Shown one piece after another: positions 12,797 through 24,589 of a stretch of DNA of 51,207 bases (positions within the stretch are counted from its first letter, which is position 1; every line of letters starts with the position of its first letter). This stretch comes from Macrostomum lignano (Eukaryota): the NCBI GenBank assembly GCA_002269645.1, contig NIVC01001053.1, positions 93,409 to 144,615 on the forward strand. Direction: 5' to 3'. A model generated the notes under the pieces. That model ran no database searches and was not told the DNA's origin. It worked only from the letters and a program-made list of their open reading frames with translations. Position numbers and translations under genes: made by a program.

Positions 12797-14815
12797 TTGC
12801 ACCCAAGCATGGTCACTCTGGACATTAAATAAGAGCCTATGTAGGCTTTAGGCATAGCTTAAGCCTAGTTAAGGCAAGCTACACATTGAATAATAAATAC
12901 TAGGCCTAGTCCCTGGAGATCAGTGCATCACTGCATTGTGCATGCTTTGTACATATCAAGTCTCTACTGCACTATATAAAAAACAGGCCTATCAATGAAA
13001 AATCTAACTTTGATTAATTTTTTGTCAAGTCTAACTCTAAGATTAAGATATCAATTAATAAATAATCCTATTTTATTTCAAACATTACAACTATTTTTAA
13101 TTACTTTTTTTAACTAGGGCCTAATTGTTTCAATTCAAATTACTTTTTAATTTATTTTTAATAGGGCCTATCTGCTGTCTATTATTATAAAATTTATTTA
13201 TGCTCATGTCACGGAGTCATACCAAATCTGTGTTTAAAAATTATTCTAAGACCTAGTCAATCCTAAGTAAAATGCATATTTATTTAAATAAAAGCATTAT
13301 TGTTGTTTTTGACACTCACTTATAATTATAAATGGACATTACGATAATCTAGACAATTCATGTCGTTTTCCATTAGCCATGCGCTAATTTGGCGAACTCT
13401 TAAAGCAAAAGAGTGCATTAATCTTGACACGCAAAATATAAACGAATAGTCAGAAATATCTTAGTTCACACAAAATTATTTATTTTTTTGTAAATAGTTG
13501 CTTTTAAAATTACAATTAGTGTGCATTTTTTGCAATATTTCTGAAATATATATTAGTAGTTGTTTTATTTTTCCTCCTCGGAATTAGTTTGTAGACTGTG
13601 CGAGTAAAAGTTGTCTCCTTTCGCAGCTGTATTTCGATTTCAATTGCAGTTTTGCCTCTCTGTACTCTACACAACATATATCCGCGTTTAGCATCCTTTT
13701 AGCCTAGTAAAAAGATGACTTGAGTCTAAAATTAAATAAATCTGACACAACCAATTGTTTTATTGAGTTTTACTTGATTATCTTAGCAACAAAAGGCATC
13801 CAAACTTCGTACATACACTTGTACATGTGCTGATGTGCAGAGTTTGAAAACAAAATAATATATGATCAGACCAAGCAGCGAAGTTAAACTAATATAATTC
13901 ATATTCATTTGCTTGTGATCAGCTCAGACCAGAACACAGACTAACTGTCATGGCAAATGATTTTTAAAAGTCCAGACTAAAGTTGATAGGCAGAAGTTGC
14001 ATGTCTATCGACTTACTTGCAGTGCTAAGAGGGTAAAAGCTGAAAATTACCTTCAGAAACTGTTATCGATAATGTATTTTGAGACGAATTTGTGTCTTAA
14101 AATAAGTTTTATCGATATAAACTTACATGCATGCAGACGGCGTCCCATCTGCTTGATTGCACTGTCTACTTCAGGTGAGTCAGAGTGATACTTCAGGTGA
14201 GTCAGGAGCGATTTTTCAGGTCCATTTTGGTGATCAAAACTTAAATTTGATGCATTCAAGTCTTCAAATCCACACAAATACAACTGTTATTCGAAAAAAA
14301 GTAAAAAAATACCTAAAAATCGCAGAGCTCTCCCTCAGGCGCCGGCCGAATTAGCGACACGTGCTTCTCGCGCGCCGAGTTGGGACTGTGAGAGCACTGA
14401 GGCGAGAGGAGAAGAAGCACTTCTTCGAAGCCGAGGAGGAAGAGGCGAAGAAGCCATCTGGAGAAGAAGTAAAGCGACCTGCCAGTGCGTTGCATGAGCA
14501 CGAAACGTTTGACAAAGATTTACATTGTATTCAATGCTGTGTTTCACAATTTATTATTATTTACCATTACACATGTATTAATTCAAGCGCCATATAATAT
14601 ACTACTTTGCTAATAACTTACATGTACATGTAGTAGTAATTACAGCGTATCTAAGCCAGCGCACTTACATGATATACGACACAAGAAAGGTTATTTATCT
14701 TTAATTTTATCATGCAAGAATGGTGTGGCGATGGCGGGTGCAAGTACATATGTAAGAGAACCTTGTTGTGCATGTCAAAGTGGCGCAATTTTGCTTTGTT
14801 CATCAACAGCGGGCA

Positions 14816-15264
14816 TGGTGCTAGCGCCCCTGGTGCTGGCGCCCCTGGTGCTGGCGCCCCTGGTGCTGGCGCCCCTGGTGCTGGCGCCCCTGGTGCTGGC
14901 GCCCCTGGTGCTGGCGCCCCTGGTGCTGGCGCCCCTGGTGCTGGCGCCCCTGGTGCTGGCGCCCCTGGTGCTGGCGCCCCTGGTGCTGGCGCCCCTGGTG
15001 CTGGCGCCCCTGGTGCTGGCGCCCCTGGTGCTGGCGCCCCTGGTGCTGGCGCCCCTGGTGCTGGCGCCCCTGGTGCTGGCGCCCCTGGTGCTGGCGCCCC
15101 TGGTGCTGGCGCCCCTGGTGCTGGCGCCCCTGGTGCTGGCGCCCCTGGTGCTGGCGCCCCTGGTGCTGGCGCCCCTGGTGCTGGCGCCCCTGGTGCTGGC
15201 GCCCCTGGTGCTGGCGCCCCTGGTGCTGGCGCCCCTGGTGCTGGCGCCCCTGGGGCTGGCGCCC
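14816..15264. repeat. 15-bp minisatellite (TGGTGCTGGCGCCCC)n, about 30 copies
   Basis: Almost perfectly homogeneous tandem array, read directly. Confidence 0.97.
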
Positions 15265-15803
15265 TTCTAAAGACGTACATGTACTAGAAAGGTGTCTAAA
15301 ACAAAGTTTTAAGCATTCTAAATATGCCTACATGATGCATGTTTGTCCCAATTATAACGAGTAGCATGCCATGACAATAAATGTGGGGTTTCACACACTT
15401 AGGCACAATTTAACAAATCTAATTAGGAATCAGAATAGATCTCATTGTTTGAGAGTTTGTACTACGCTTTTTACTTGCTTCTGCATGCAACGAATTTTGA
15501 TTAATTGTACTGCACGTGATGTGCTTGAGGAAAGCATTAACTGGTCTTGCAATACAGACAGCGAGTGAGCTACAGTCAAGGACTACCAGTTAAGGTGTTC
15601 TTAAGTAGTCCTTGCTGCCAGGTTTTTGTGTACGAATTATAGAATAAAGCAATACAAAGTACTTAATAAATTAAACTGCCGTTTAATGTTCAGTTAAAGC
15701 ATACTAATTAGCCTTACAAATTATTGTGAGCAACTTTTTAATGGAATCTACTAACTGCAAAATTATTTTTGCGTTGCAAATTTTCACTCAATGGGTGACA
15801 GCA

Positions 15804-16260
15804 CAAGGGGCGCCATTTCACATGATTCGGCGCCAGCGAAAGAGGCGCCAAAGCTACTGCAAGGGGTGCCAAAGCTACTACAAAGAGGCGCCAAAGCTAC
15901 TGCAAAGGGGCGCCAAAGCTACTGCCAAAACGGCGCCAAAGCTACTGCAAGGGAGCGCGCCAAAGCTACTACAAGGGGCGCCAAATCTACTGCCAAGGGG
16001 CGCTAAAGCTATTGCAAGGGGGCACCAAAGCTACTGCAAAGGGGCGCTAAAGCTATTGCAAAGGGGCGCCAAAGCTACTGCAAGGGGCGCCAAAGCTACT
16101 GCAAAGGGGCGCCAAAGCTCCTGCCAAAAGGGCGCCAAAGCTACTGCAAGGGAGCGCGCCAAAGCTACTACAAGGGGCGCCAAATCTACTGCAAAGGGGC
16201 GCTAAAGCTATTGCAAGGGGGCGCCAAAGCTACTGCAAAGGGGCGCCAAAGCTACTGCAA
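15804..16260. repeat. 21-22-bp minisatellite (GGGGCGCCAAAGCTACTGCAA)n, about 21 copies
   Basis: Tandem array, read directly; moderately diverged units. Confidence 0.93.
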
Positions 16261-16899
16261 TGTTTATAGCTAAGCCCTTGATTTTATGCGACCAAAATGT
16301 CACGCATTTGCATATCGTCCCATACTACTGCCAACAGGCGGTGTGGGGCTTAGTTTTAATTGGCATACAAAGACATTTACAAAGCAGGACCTCCCAGCAG
16401 GTCATTGGCCCCTTGCCAGCGGGAACCAATTAGAGCTTTAGACAAATAGCAGAGCGCTGCAGAGTCCTCTGCTACTAAAGCAAAGCCTTTGCGCTACCGC
16501 TTGGCAGTTCTCTTCAACTTCTACAGAGATTCTCTGAAGCCTGCAGTTCAGAGCTGCAGAAATTAATTTTTTTAACCCAGCTCCGCGGTTGCTAACGCAC
16601 AATAGGAAGTCGGTCAAGAAGGTTTGGCCTAACGGAAATCGGATATCAAAACTGTGTGACGACCCGACAAAAGACCCGTCAAAAGACCTGAGCTGAACTA
16701 TACCGTTACCTCTCTTGCCCTCTTATTCTCCCGTGTGTAGGGTAAAAAGGTAAACTTTGCCCAGACTTTGCGCTCAAGCGGATTATGCCCCAGCGGCTGC
16801 TGCAACAGCATCGCTCTATAGCCAAGGCTAAGTTCTAAAAGCAGCCCTTCTTATTGAATTATCCTCAAGCTGCCTAGAATTTCGAGAAGCATCGAAGCC

Positions 16900-16973
16900 A
16901 TGCGAGCTCGATTTGCGCTACTACGTTGCTTAGTTACGGCCTACTGCATTGCTGGTTGCCTTGGAAACTGGTG
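16900..16973 (+). CDS. Wnt5: Wnt5-like, exon 1 (signal peptide MRARFALLRCLVTAYCIAGCLGNW-W)
   Basis: GCCATG start, hydrophobic leader ending in NWW like Wnt5 (NSWW), TG|GTAAGT donor phase 2 matching the acceptor at 22175. Confidence 0.75.
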
Positions 16974-17332
16974 GTAAGTGCCATGCGTGTGTTAAGGGTC
17001 GAGGCCTAACTAACTGCGATAAACTTGTTAGTATTGAGGGAACTGGCGCTCTGTCCAGATCCACTAATTCAGTTTGTAGAATCTAAATTCAATAATGAAT
17101 TGAGCAAACTTAGGCTCCTAGAGTTTAGGAAACCCTTGTAACCAGATAACAGAAATCATTAATTCTTAGAATACAGCAATGTGGATTGATTCAAACTATA
17201 CAGCATGTTTTTCGGTTAGTTAACCACTGTGAGCTCCTTGTCTCAATTCTGGTAATTCTTTTAGTCTTTAATCAACTTGATTAGGCATCACACTTTACTC
17301 CGTCTTGGTGCCACTTACTTATACGCCCGTAG

Positions 17333-17885
17333 TTGGCGCCCCCCTTACTTTTAGTTGGCGCCTCTTTTAGTTGGCGCCTCTTACTTTTAGTTGGCGCCTC
17401 TTACTTTTAGTTGGCGCCTCTTACTTTTACTTGGCGCCTCTTACTTTTAGTTGGCGCCTCTTACTTTTAGTTGGCGCCTCTTACTTTTACTTGGCGCCTC
17501 TTACTTTTAGTTGGCGCCTCTTACTTTTACTTGGCGCCCCTTTCTTTTAGTTGGCGCCCCTTACTTTTAGTTGGCGCCCCTTACTTTTACTTGGCGCCCC
17601 TTACTTTTACTTGGCGCCTGGTCAAGTTTTGCAACGCAACAACGCAACTTTTTAGTTGGCGCCCCTTACTTTTAGTTGGCGCCTCTTACTTTTAGTTGGC
17701 GCCCCTTACTTTTAGTTGGCGCCCCTTACTTTTAGTTGGCGCCCTTACTTTTAGTTGGCGCCCCTTACTTTTAGTTGGCGCCCTTTACTTTTAGTTGGCG
17801 CCCTTACTTTTAGTTGGCGCCCCTTACTTTTAGTTGGCGCCCTTTACTTTTAGTTGGCGCCCCTTACTTTTACTTGGCGCCTGGT
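17333..17885. repeat. 20-bp minisatellite (AGTTGGCGCCYCTTACTTTT)n in Wnt5 intron 1
   Basis: Tandem array; the interrupting block TTGGCGCCTGGTCAAGTTTT occurs twice (about 17611 and 17873). Confidence 0.93.
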
Positions 17886-19099
17886 CAAGTTTTTCAACGC
17901 AAATTTTAAATATTTGGTGATTTTTATCTAACATTTCATTTCGCACAAATTTTCTGACATTTTGTCCAGGAGAAATAAAAAAGACTCAACTTAGGCGCGC
18001 CCCCTTGGCGTCCGCGGCCTACCGACTCTCAGTTTGGTTTATTAGTTGGGCGCTGCGCCCTCCTCCCTCTCGCCAAGACTTTAAGAGCCATGAAAAGTTC
18101 ATCAAATGGTGCCCAACCCAGTGGATCAGAACCAAAAAAATATTGGCGGTTTTTGCTCCGATGAATATTATTACACACTAGCGAATATATTTAGAATAAT
18201 ATACGGTCCAGATAGCCTCGCGGAAGCAGATTCCGACTGACACTGGAACTTTCTATAGCAAAGGAAAATATATGGCCTCTCGGTGCTTGGCCTGTAACCC
18301 ATCGCGTCGGGGCAGATAACACCCCAGGCCCCAATCCTGCAGTTACCGAGATCCAATGCAGTGCATCCGTACTACTTCGAATACAAAATGCAGCATCCCG
18401 AACTCCTTCATTAGTTTTCCTGTTTGACAGTTGAACAGTTTTTCTGCAGTTACCAAATCTCCGTGAAAGCAACCGCGGTCGCATATTTTTAAACAGATGG
18501 TCGTTCGCACTTCAGTTTTTAAACTTTGCTTCCATTTTTTGGCACAACAATCTGCTGCAGTCCTGGCGCTGGCAACAGGCAAAGCAGGGCTTCAACAATG
18601 CACGAAGGTACAACAAGATCGCCACGTTTGATAAGCCGTGGTCTGATGAACTGCTGTCTGTCTGTCAGGCTTTTTGTCTTTCAATCGTGTTATAAGCATC
18701 CTCCCCCCCTTGGCGCGTCCATCATCTGCATCTGCGAGGCTTCTTGGCGGAATTGAACTCGAAAATAAACAAGAAGGAATGCCTCATGTTTACAGATTAA
18801 CCTTTGCATACCGAAGACTGAAAGCAAAACAATATGGCCAGCCATAGACTATTGCTGCTGTCTCAACACCCGCCAGATAAATAATCCCGGCTAATGGCTG
18901 CGACAGGAAATACAGAAGAGAAAAGGCGAAAGAGAAGATTAGAGATGCGAGAAGAGAGAATGGTGGCGAGACGAGAGAGAGACGATATGAGAGACTGGAA
19001 GAGAAAAGAGATGAAAGAGGAGATAAGAGGAGAGAAGAGATCACAGAGAGATAAAAAGTGAAGAGATGAGAAAGATGATAGGAGAAAGAAGACGAGATG

Positions 19100-20215
19100 A
19101 GAATTATGATACAAGAGAAGAGAGAAGAGAGAAGAGGGGAGAAAAAAGAGAGGAGAGGAGAGGAGGGGAGTGGCGGAGAGGAGAGGAGGGGAGTGGCGGA
19201 GAGGAGAGGAGGGGAGTGGCGGAGAGGAGAGGAGGGGAGTGGCGGAGAGGAGAGGAGGGGGGAGGGGGAGAGAAGAGAGGAGGGGATTGGCGGAGAGGAG
19301 AGGAGGAGGGGGGAGGGGAGAGAAGAGAGGAGGGGGGAGGGGAGAGAAGAGAGGAGGGGAGTGGCGGAGAGGAGAGGAGGGGAGTGGCGGAGAGGAGAGG
19401 AGGGGAGTGGCGGAGAGGAGAGGAGGGAGAGGGGAGAGAAGAGAGGAGGGGAGTGGCGGAGAGGAGAGGAGGGGAGAGGGGGAGAGGAGAGAGGAGGGGG
19501 AGGGGAGAGAAGAGAGGAGGGGAGTGGCGGAGAGGAGAGGAGGGGGGAGGGGGAGAGAAGAGAGGAGGGGAGTGGCGGAGAGGAGAGGAGGGGAGAGGGG
19601 GAGAGAAGAGAGGAGGGGGGAGGGGAGAGAAGAGAGGAGGGGAGTGGCGGAGAGGAGAGGAGGGGGGAGGGGAGAGAAGAGAGGAGGGGGAGGGGGAGAG
19701 AAGAGAGGAGGGGGGAGGGGGAGAGAAGAGAGGAGGGGAGTGGCGGAGAGGAGAGGAGGGGAGAGGGGGAGAGAAGAGAGGAGGGGGAGGGGAGAGAAGA
19801 GAGGAGGGGAGTGGCGGAGAGGAGAGAGGAGGGGGAGGGGGAGAGAAGAGAGGAGGGGAGTGGCGGAGAGGAGAGGGGGGGGGAGGGGGAGAGAAGAGAG
19901 GAGGGGAGTGGCGGAGAGGAGAGGAGGGGAGAGGGGAGAGAAGAGAGGAGGGGAGTGGCGGAGAGGAGAGGAGGGGGAGGGGGAGAGGAGAGAGGAGGGG
20001 GAGGGGGAGAGAAGAGAGGAGGGGAGTGGCGGAGAGGAGAGGAGGGGGGAGGGGGAGAGAAGAGAGGAGGGGAGTGGCGGAGAGGAGAGGAGGGGGGAGG
20101 GGGAGAGAAGAGAGGAGGGGAGTGGGGAAGAGGAGAGGAGGGGAGTGGCGGAGAGGAGAGGAGGGGGGAAGGGGAGAGAGGAGAGGAGGGGAGTGGGAAA
20201 GAGGAGATGAGAAGA
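19100..20215 (+). repeat. About 1.1-kb polypurine (GA-rich) low-complexity array in Wnt5 intron 1
   Basis: Almost only G/A on + strand, punctuated by GTGGC; units such as GAGGAGAGGAGGGGAGTGGCGGA. Confidence 0.95.
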
Positions 20216-21744
20216 GACACAAACCTTGACCAGGCGGGAGCATTGCCATTGTGAAATTTCAAAGGACCCGACACCTGATGGATGTTATACGAGCTACCAT
20301 ACATTCCATACGAACAGGACTGAAACGTGAGCATAGATTGCATAATAAGGTGCACAACCCACATGGGGCCAATCGAATTTTAAAGTTTTACTAACAGAAG
20401 TCAGATAAATTGGACCCATCTCCCAGGACTATGCTCAGTGTTAATTCTTGTATTATCATTATCAAAACTACAGTTCAGATCAGGGGTCGGACAAACTCAG
20501 GAAGCCTCTCCACCCGGCCCTCGGGGTCCTTTGAAACTTCACAATAGCAATCCGGGATTGTGTCTCTTCTCCACTATTTTCTGTCCTCTCTCCTGTCTCC
20601 TCTCTCATCTGGCCGTTAAAATGCAAAAACTCGTTATACACAAAACTACCGCCTTGAGTACTGTCTTGATTAACGAACATCGGTATGACAATCTGCCCTG
20701 AAACTCAAGTATATCCTGTGTGTAGATTACATAATTGGATGCTGAGGATTTAAGGTAGGCTAATCCAGATCCTGGTGGAAGATCTCCTTGGATGAAGCCG
20801 TCCAAAGAAAAACACCTTATTATTAGTAGCGCTGCTATGCTACCCCACCAGGCGGTCTCAGACCCTCAAGGCAGACAAAACACCTGCAGGCGGGCTCCGC
20901 ACGCTCCACTGGTCACAAGAGGATTCACACTCGCATTGCACCCACAGCCGCCGCTGGGGTGGAGGAAATTCACCATTTTTTCCTCCCTTCTCTCCCATCT
21001 CACCGCCACACCTTTTCCATTCTAAATATGCCTCCCCCTCTGGCGGAGCACAACAGCAGCGGCATGAGTAAGGCTTCTTTCACAACCTTTTTTCTACTAT
21101 TTCTCACTCTCCGCAAAGCTTAGTTAAATTTTTCCCGCCGGGCACCAAAATAGCTATAGCGATAGAATTTTGAGTCGTTCATCATTCTGCCAGGTTTTAT
21201 ACACACTATAGTTAATAATAACAATAATAATAATAGAGACGGACAACAAAGGAGTTGCCATAACATTATGTCTGTAACGGCGGTTGCTACCGATTCAAAA
21301 CAGCCCGTGCATCACATGTAGCCATGTGGCCCCGACCCAGCCTTATTAGTCACCAGCTTCCGCCTCTTCATCATTTCTTGTCGCACCCAGAATAGCTCGT
21401 AGATGCACAGCGATCGGTTCCTTCCTTCCGTTTCAGTGGCTGCATCTCCACAGAATTGCTATACTGCGCATGTATATTAATACTAATGCACTCATGCGGT
21501 AATACGGAACCATGCTTGGCCTAGCATTCCCAATCTATCAATTACACATATGCACACATGGGATAGTTATCCATGCAAACATAACAGCGAACCTCATTTA
21601 TTCGGATATCGGGAAGGGATTTGCGTTCGAGCGATAAATTAACGACAGAAATTTGGTTGTTAAGGCTGAACTGAGAAGACTTCAAAGCTGGATTGAGAAT
21701 TTTATGAAAGAGTTTTAAATGATCAATGCCTGATTTTCGGAAAC

Positions 21745-22040
21745 GTAATAGTAATTGATTACGCCTGCCCCAATTGGGCCAGATGTGCAACCGACAGCTC
21801 AGCCGCAGCTATTGCGCGGCGCATCTGAAGGCTGCGTACGGCTGTTCAGTCCAAGGACTGGGGAGGGGGGGGTCGCAACACACACCCTCAATTACCCCTT
21901 TCTTTTACAGCTGGGTGAACTGAAGCAATTCAGAGTTAGGCGTCTTGCTTAATGACACAAATTGTTCTGACTAGGTCGAGAATCGAACCCCCGACCTTTC
22001 CGTAGTAAGTCCGACGCTCTAACCACTAGGCTACAAACCC
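21745..22040 (-). mobile_element. tRNA-derived SINE, family A
   Basis: Minus strand: A box TAGCCTAGTGG (22033-22023), B box GGTTCGATTCT (21989-21979), then GTGTCATTAAGCAAGACGCCTAAC..CAGTTCACCCAGCTGTAAA resembling conserved SINE central domains; short ATTAC-type tail. Confidence 0.8.
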
Positions 22041-22174
22041 CTAAGTAATTATCAAGGTCGCTAGAACATTTTGTTTGGATGGCAAATCGACCTACAAAAC
22101 GAGATGCTTTGTCGATGAAGTGTAACACCTGTTAGTTAGCTTTTAACATCGCCCGGCGATGCACACACCGTCAG

Positions 22175-22440
22175 GAACGTTGGCTTTCTGTCCTGGCGAG
22201 CGGGCAGCCACCGTCTGGACCAGACGCTCATCCTGTCTGCTCAGCCAACCTGCAGCAGTATCGCCGGCCTGTCGCCAAAGCAGACGCTCTACTGTCAGCA
22301 GCACTTCTCGCTGATGCCGGCGGTGACCCAGGGTGCCCGGCTGGGCATGCAGGAGTGCGCCTCGCAATTCAAAGCCCGGCGATGGAACTGCGGGGCCAGT
22401 CACAGGTCCAGCTTGGCTTTCGGGCCCGTGTCTGACGATG
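22175..22440 (+). CDS. Wnt5: Wnt5-like, exon 2
   Basis: CAG acceptor, SAQPTCSSIAGLSPKQ..QECASQFKARRWNC (Wnt5 GAQPLCSQLAGLS-type motif), G|GTGAGT donor phase 1. Confidence 0.95.
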
Positions 22441-22513
22441 GTGAGTGCCTGATTTACTTTCTGCGGATGTGTAATATGAATGAGGCAGCTCTGCGTCATC
22501 TCTGCGTATGATA

Positions 22514-23508
22514 CTGTCACTGTCTGTCACTGTCACAGTTGACACTGTCTGTCTGTGTCACCTGACTGTCTGTCACTGTTGACAGTGCCTGTCTGTGTCA
22601 CCTGACTATCTGTCACTGCAGGCACTGTCTGTCTCTGTCACCTGACTGTCTGTCACTGCAGTGTCTGTCTCTGTCACCTGAACGTCTGTCACTGCAGACA
22701 GTGTCTGTCTCTGTCACCTGACTGTCTGTCACTGCAGTGTCTGTCTCTGTCACCTGAACGTCTGTCACTGTCACTTTAGGCACTGCACTGTCTGTCTCTG
22801 TCACCTGACTGTCTGTCACTGTCACTTTAGGCACTGTCTGTCTCTGTCACCTGACTGTCTGTCACTGTTGACAGTGTCTGTCAGTGTCACCTGACTGTCT
22901 GTCACTGTCACTTTAGGCACTGTCTGTTCTCTGTCACCTGATTGTCTGTCACTGTCACTTAAGGCACTGTCTGTCTCTGTCACCTGACTGTCTGTCACTG
23001 TCACTTTAGGCACTGTCTGTTCTCTGTCACCTGATTGTCTGTCACTGTCACTTTAGGCACTGTCTGTCTCTGTCACCTGACTGTCTGTCACTGTTGACAG
23101 TGTCTGTCAGTGTCACCTGACTGTCTGTCACTGTTGACAGTGTCTGTCAGTGTCACCTGACTGTCTGTCACTGTTGACAGTGTCTGTCAGTGTCACCTGA
23201 CTGTCTGTCACTGTTGACAGTGTCTGTCAGTGTCACCTGACTGTCTGTCACTGTCACTTAAGGCACTGTCTGTTCTCTGTCACCTGATTGTCTGTCACTG
23301 TCACTTTAGGCACTGTCTGTCTCTGTCACCTGACTGTCTGTCACTGTTGACAGTGTCTGTCAGTGTCACCTGACTGTCTGTCACTGTCACTTTAGGCACT
23401 GTCTGTCTCTGTCACCTGACTGTCTGTCACTGTTGACAGTGTCTGTCAGTGTCACCTGACTGTCTGTCACTGTCACTTTAGGCACTGTCTGTCTCTGTCA
23501 CCTGACTG
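22514..23508. repeat. CTGTCTGTCACTGT-based minisatellite at the 5' end of Wnt5 intron 2
   Basis: About 1-kb array of TGTCAC/CTGTCT variants, read directly. Confidence 0.93.
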
Positions 23509-23756
23509 CCTATCGCCTGAAGAAATTTCACTTGATATCCGGCTGTCTTTAGTGGAATAAAACTTTCTACTTTTCCATGAATGTTTAATCAAGCCCAGCT
23601 CAAACGGTCGTGACAGGGTTACAGAAAAGCAAGCAAAAAAAGAAGCACGCAGAGAGAGAAGTCCTGCAGATCATCTGGAAGGAAGCTTCTTGGCAAACTT
23701 TAACGACACTTGCCGGGCTTCTAGAAATCTTTGTTTGTCCTCAGTCTCTAAGAAGG

Positions 23757-23810
23757 GAGTCTCTCTCTCTCTCTCTCTCTCTTCTGTCTCTGCGTGTGTG
23801 TGTGTGTGTG
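23757..23810. repeat. Compound (CT)n/(GT)n microsatellite
   Basis: Read directly. Confidence 0.9.
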
Positions 23811-24589
23811 CAATTGCTGCTAATACAAGATTGTTAACACCGATAATGCAGTTGTGAACACAGAGTTAGCGCTCACCTGCTCTAAAGCCGCGAGTATATA
23901 GGATAAGGGGGGAGAGACAGGCAGACAGGGGTGCCAGACAATTAAAACTAGGACAGCTTGAAAAGAAAGGCACAGAAAACTGCAGAACACGAACAGCTGA
24001 CAGCGCAAGACAAATGCAGAGAGAAATTTAACAACGGCGAGTTGAAGTGGGGCAGTCCTCGGCGAGCAGAATGCAAGAATTCCAATGCGATAAAAAGAAA
24101 GCTTTGATATAGGGAGAGGCTTGATTGCTCATCTCTGGCAGGTGAGAGATGACATGGTGTATTTAATCATGTCGATGCTCTCTGCCATTTGTATACAATC
24201 CCGAGTAGACCCTTTGTAATTTATGAGAATCTCTCTCTATTCATCTCCGATGTGTGTGAGCTCCCGCCGAGCAGTGCTCACAGGGTGCTAGTTAAAAGCT
24301 CAAAGCTGTAAGTATTGCAATAGTTGCTAGCCAAATTAGCATTGAGAAAATGATATTTTTCTTCTCTACGAGCTCCACTGAATTTAGTTAAAGCAAAATG
24401 TGACAAGTGGGTGCCAGCGGCTGCTATTAAAATGATGCTGAATGTGTTACAACCCAGTCTGTTGCTTAATGCCGAGTTTTGCTGATGCAGCAACGCATTT
24501 GTTCTGTAGCTAATGCAACTTGACTAATTGGGCCAGACTAACTGCCAACTCTCAGCTCAAAGTAGAAGATATAAAATGTGAGACACAGG

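Noticed and set aside
14651-15287. ORFs encoding (GAPAP)n, (GAGAP)n or (VLAPL)n, resembling elastin or silk
   Set aside because: A 15-bp unit is stop-free in several frames on both strands; there is no synonymous variation, splice context or flanking domain.
18790-20364. 524-aa Ser/Pro/Leu and Arg/Gly/Glu-rich ORFs
   Set aside because: Artefacts of a polypurine tract that cannot contain stop codons; lies in Wnt5 intron 1.
21970-22040. tRNA gene on the minus strand
   Set aside because: A and B boxes are present, but the acceptor stem and cloverleaf do not close and it continues into a SINE body.
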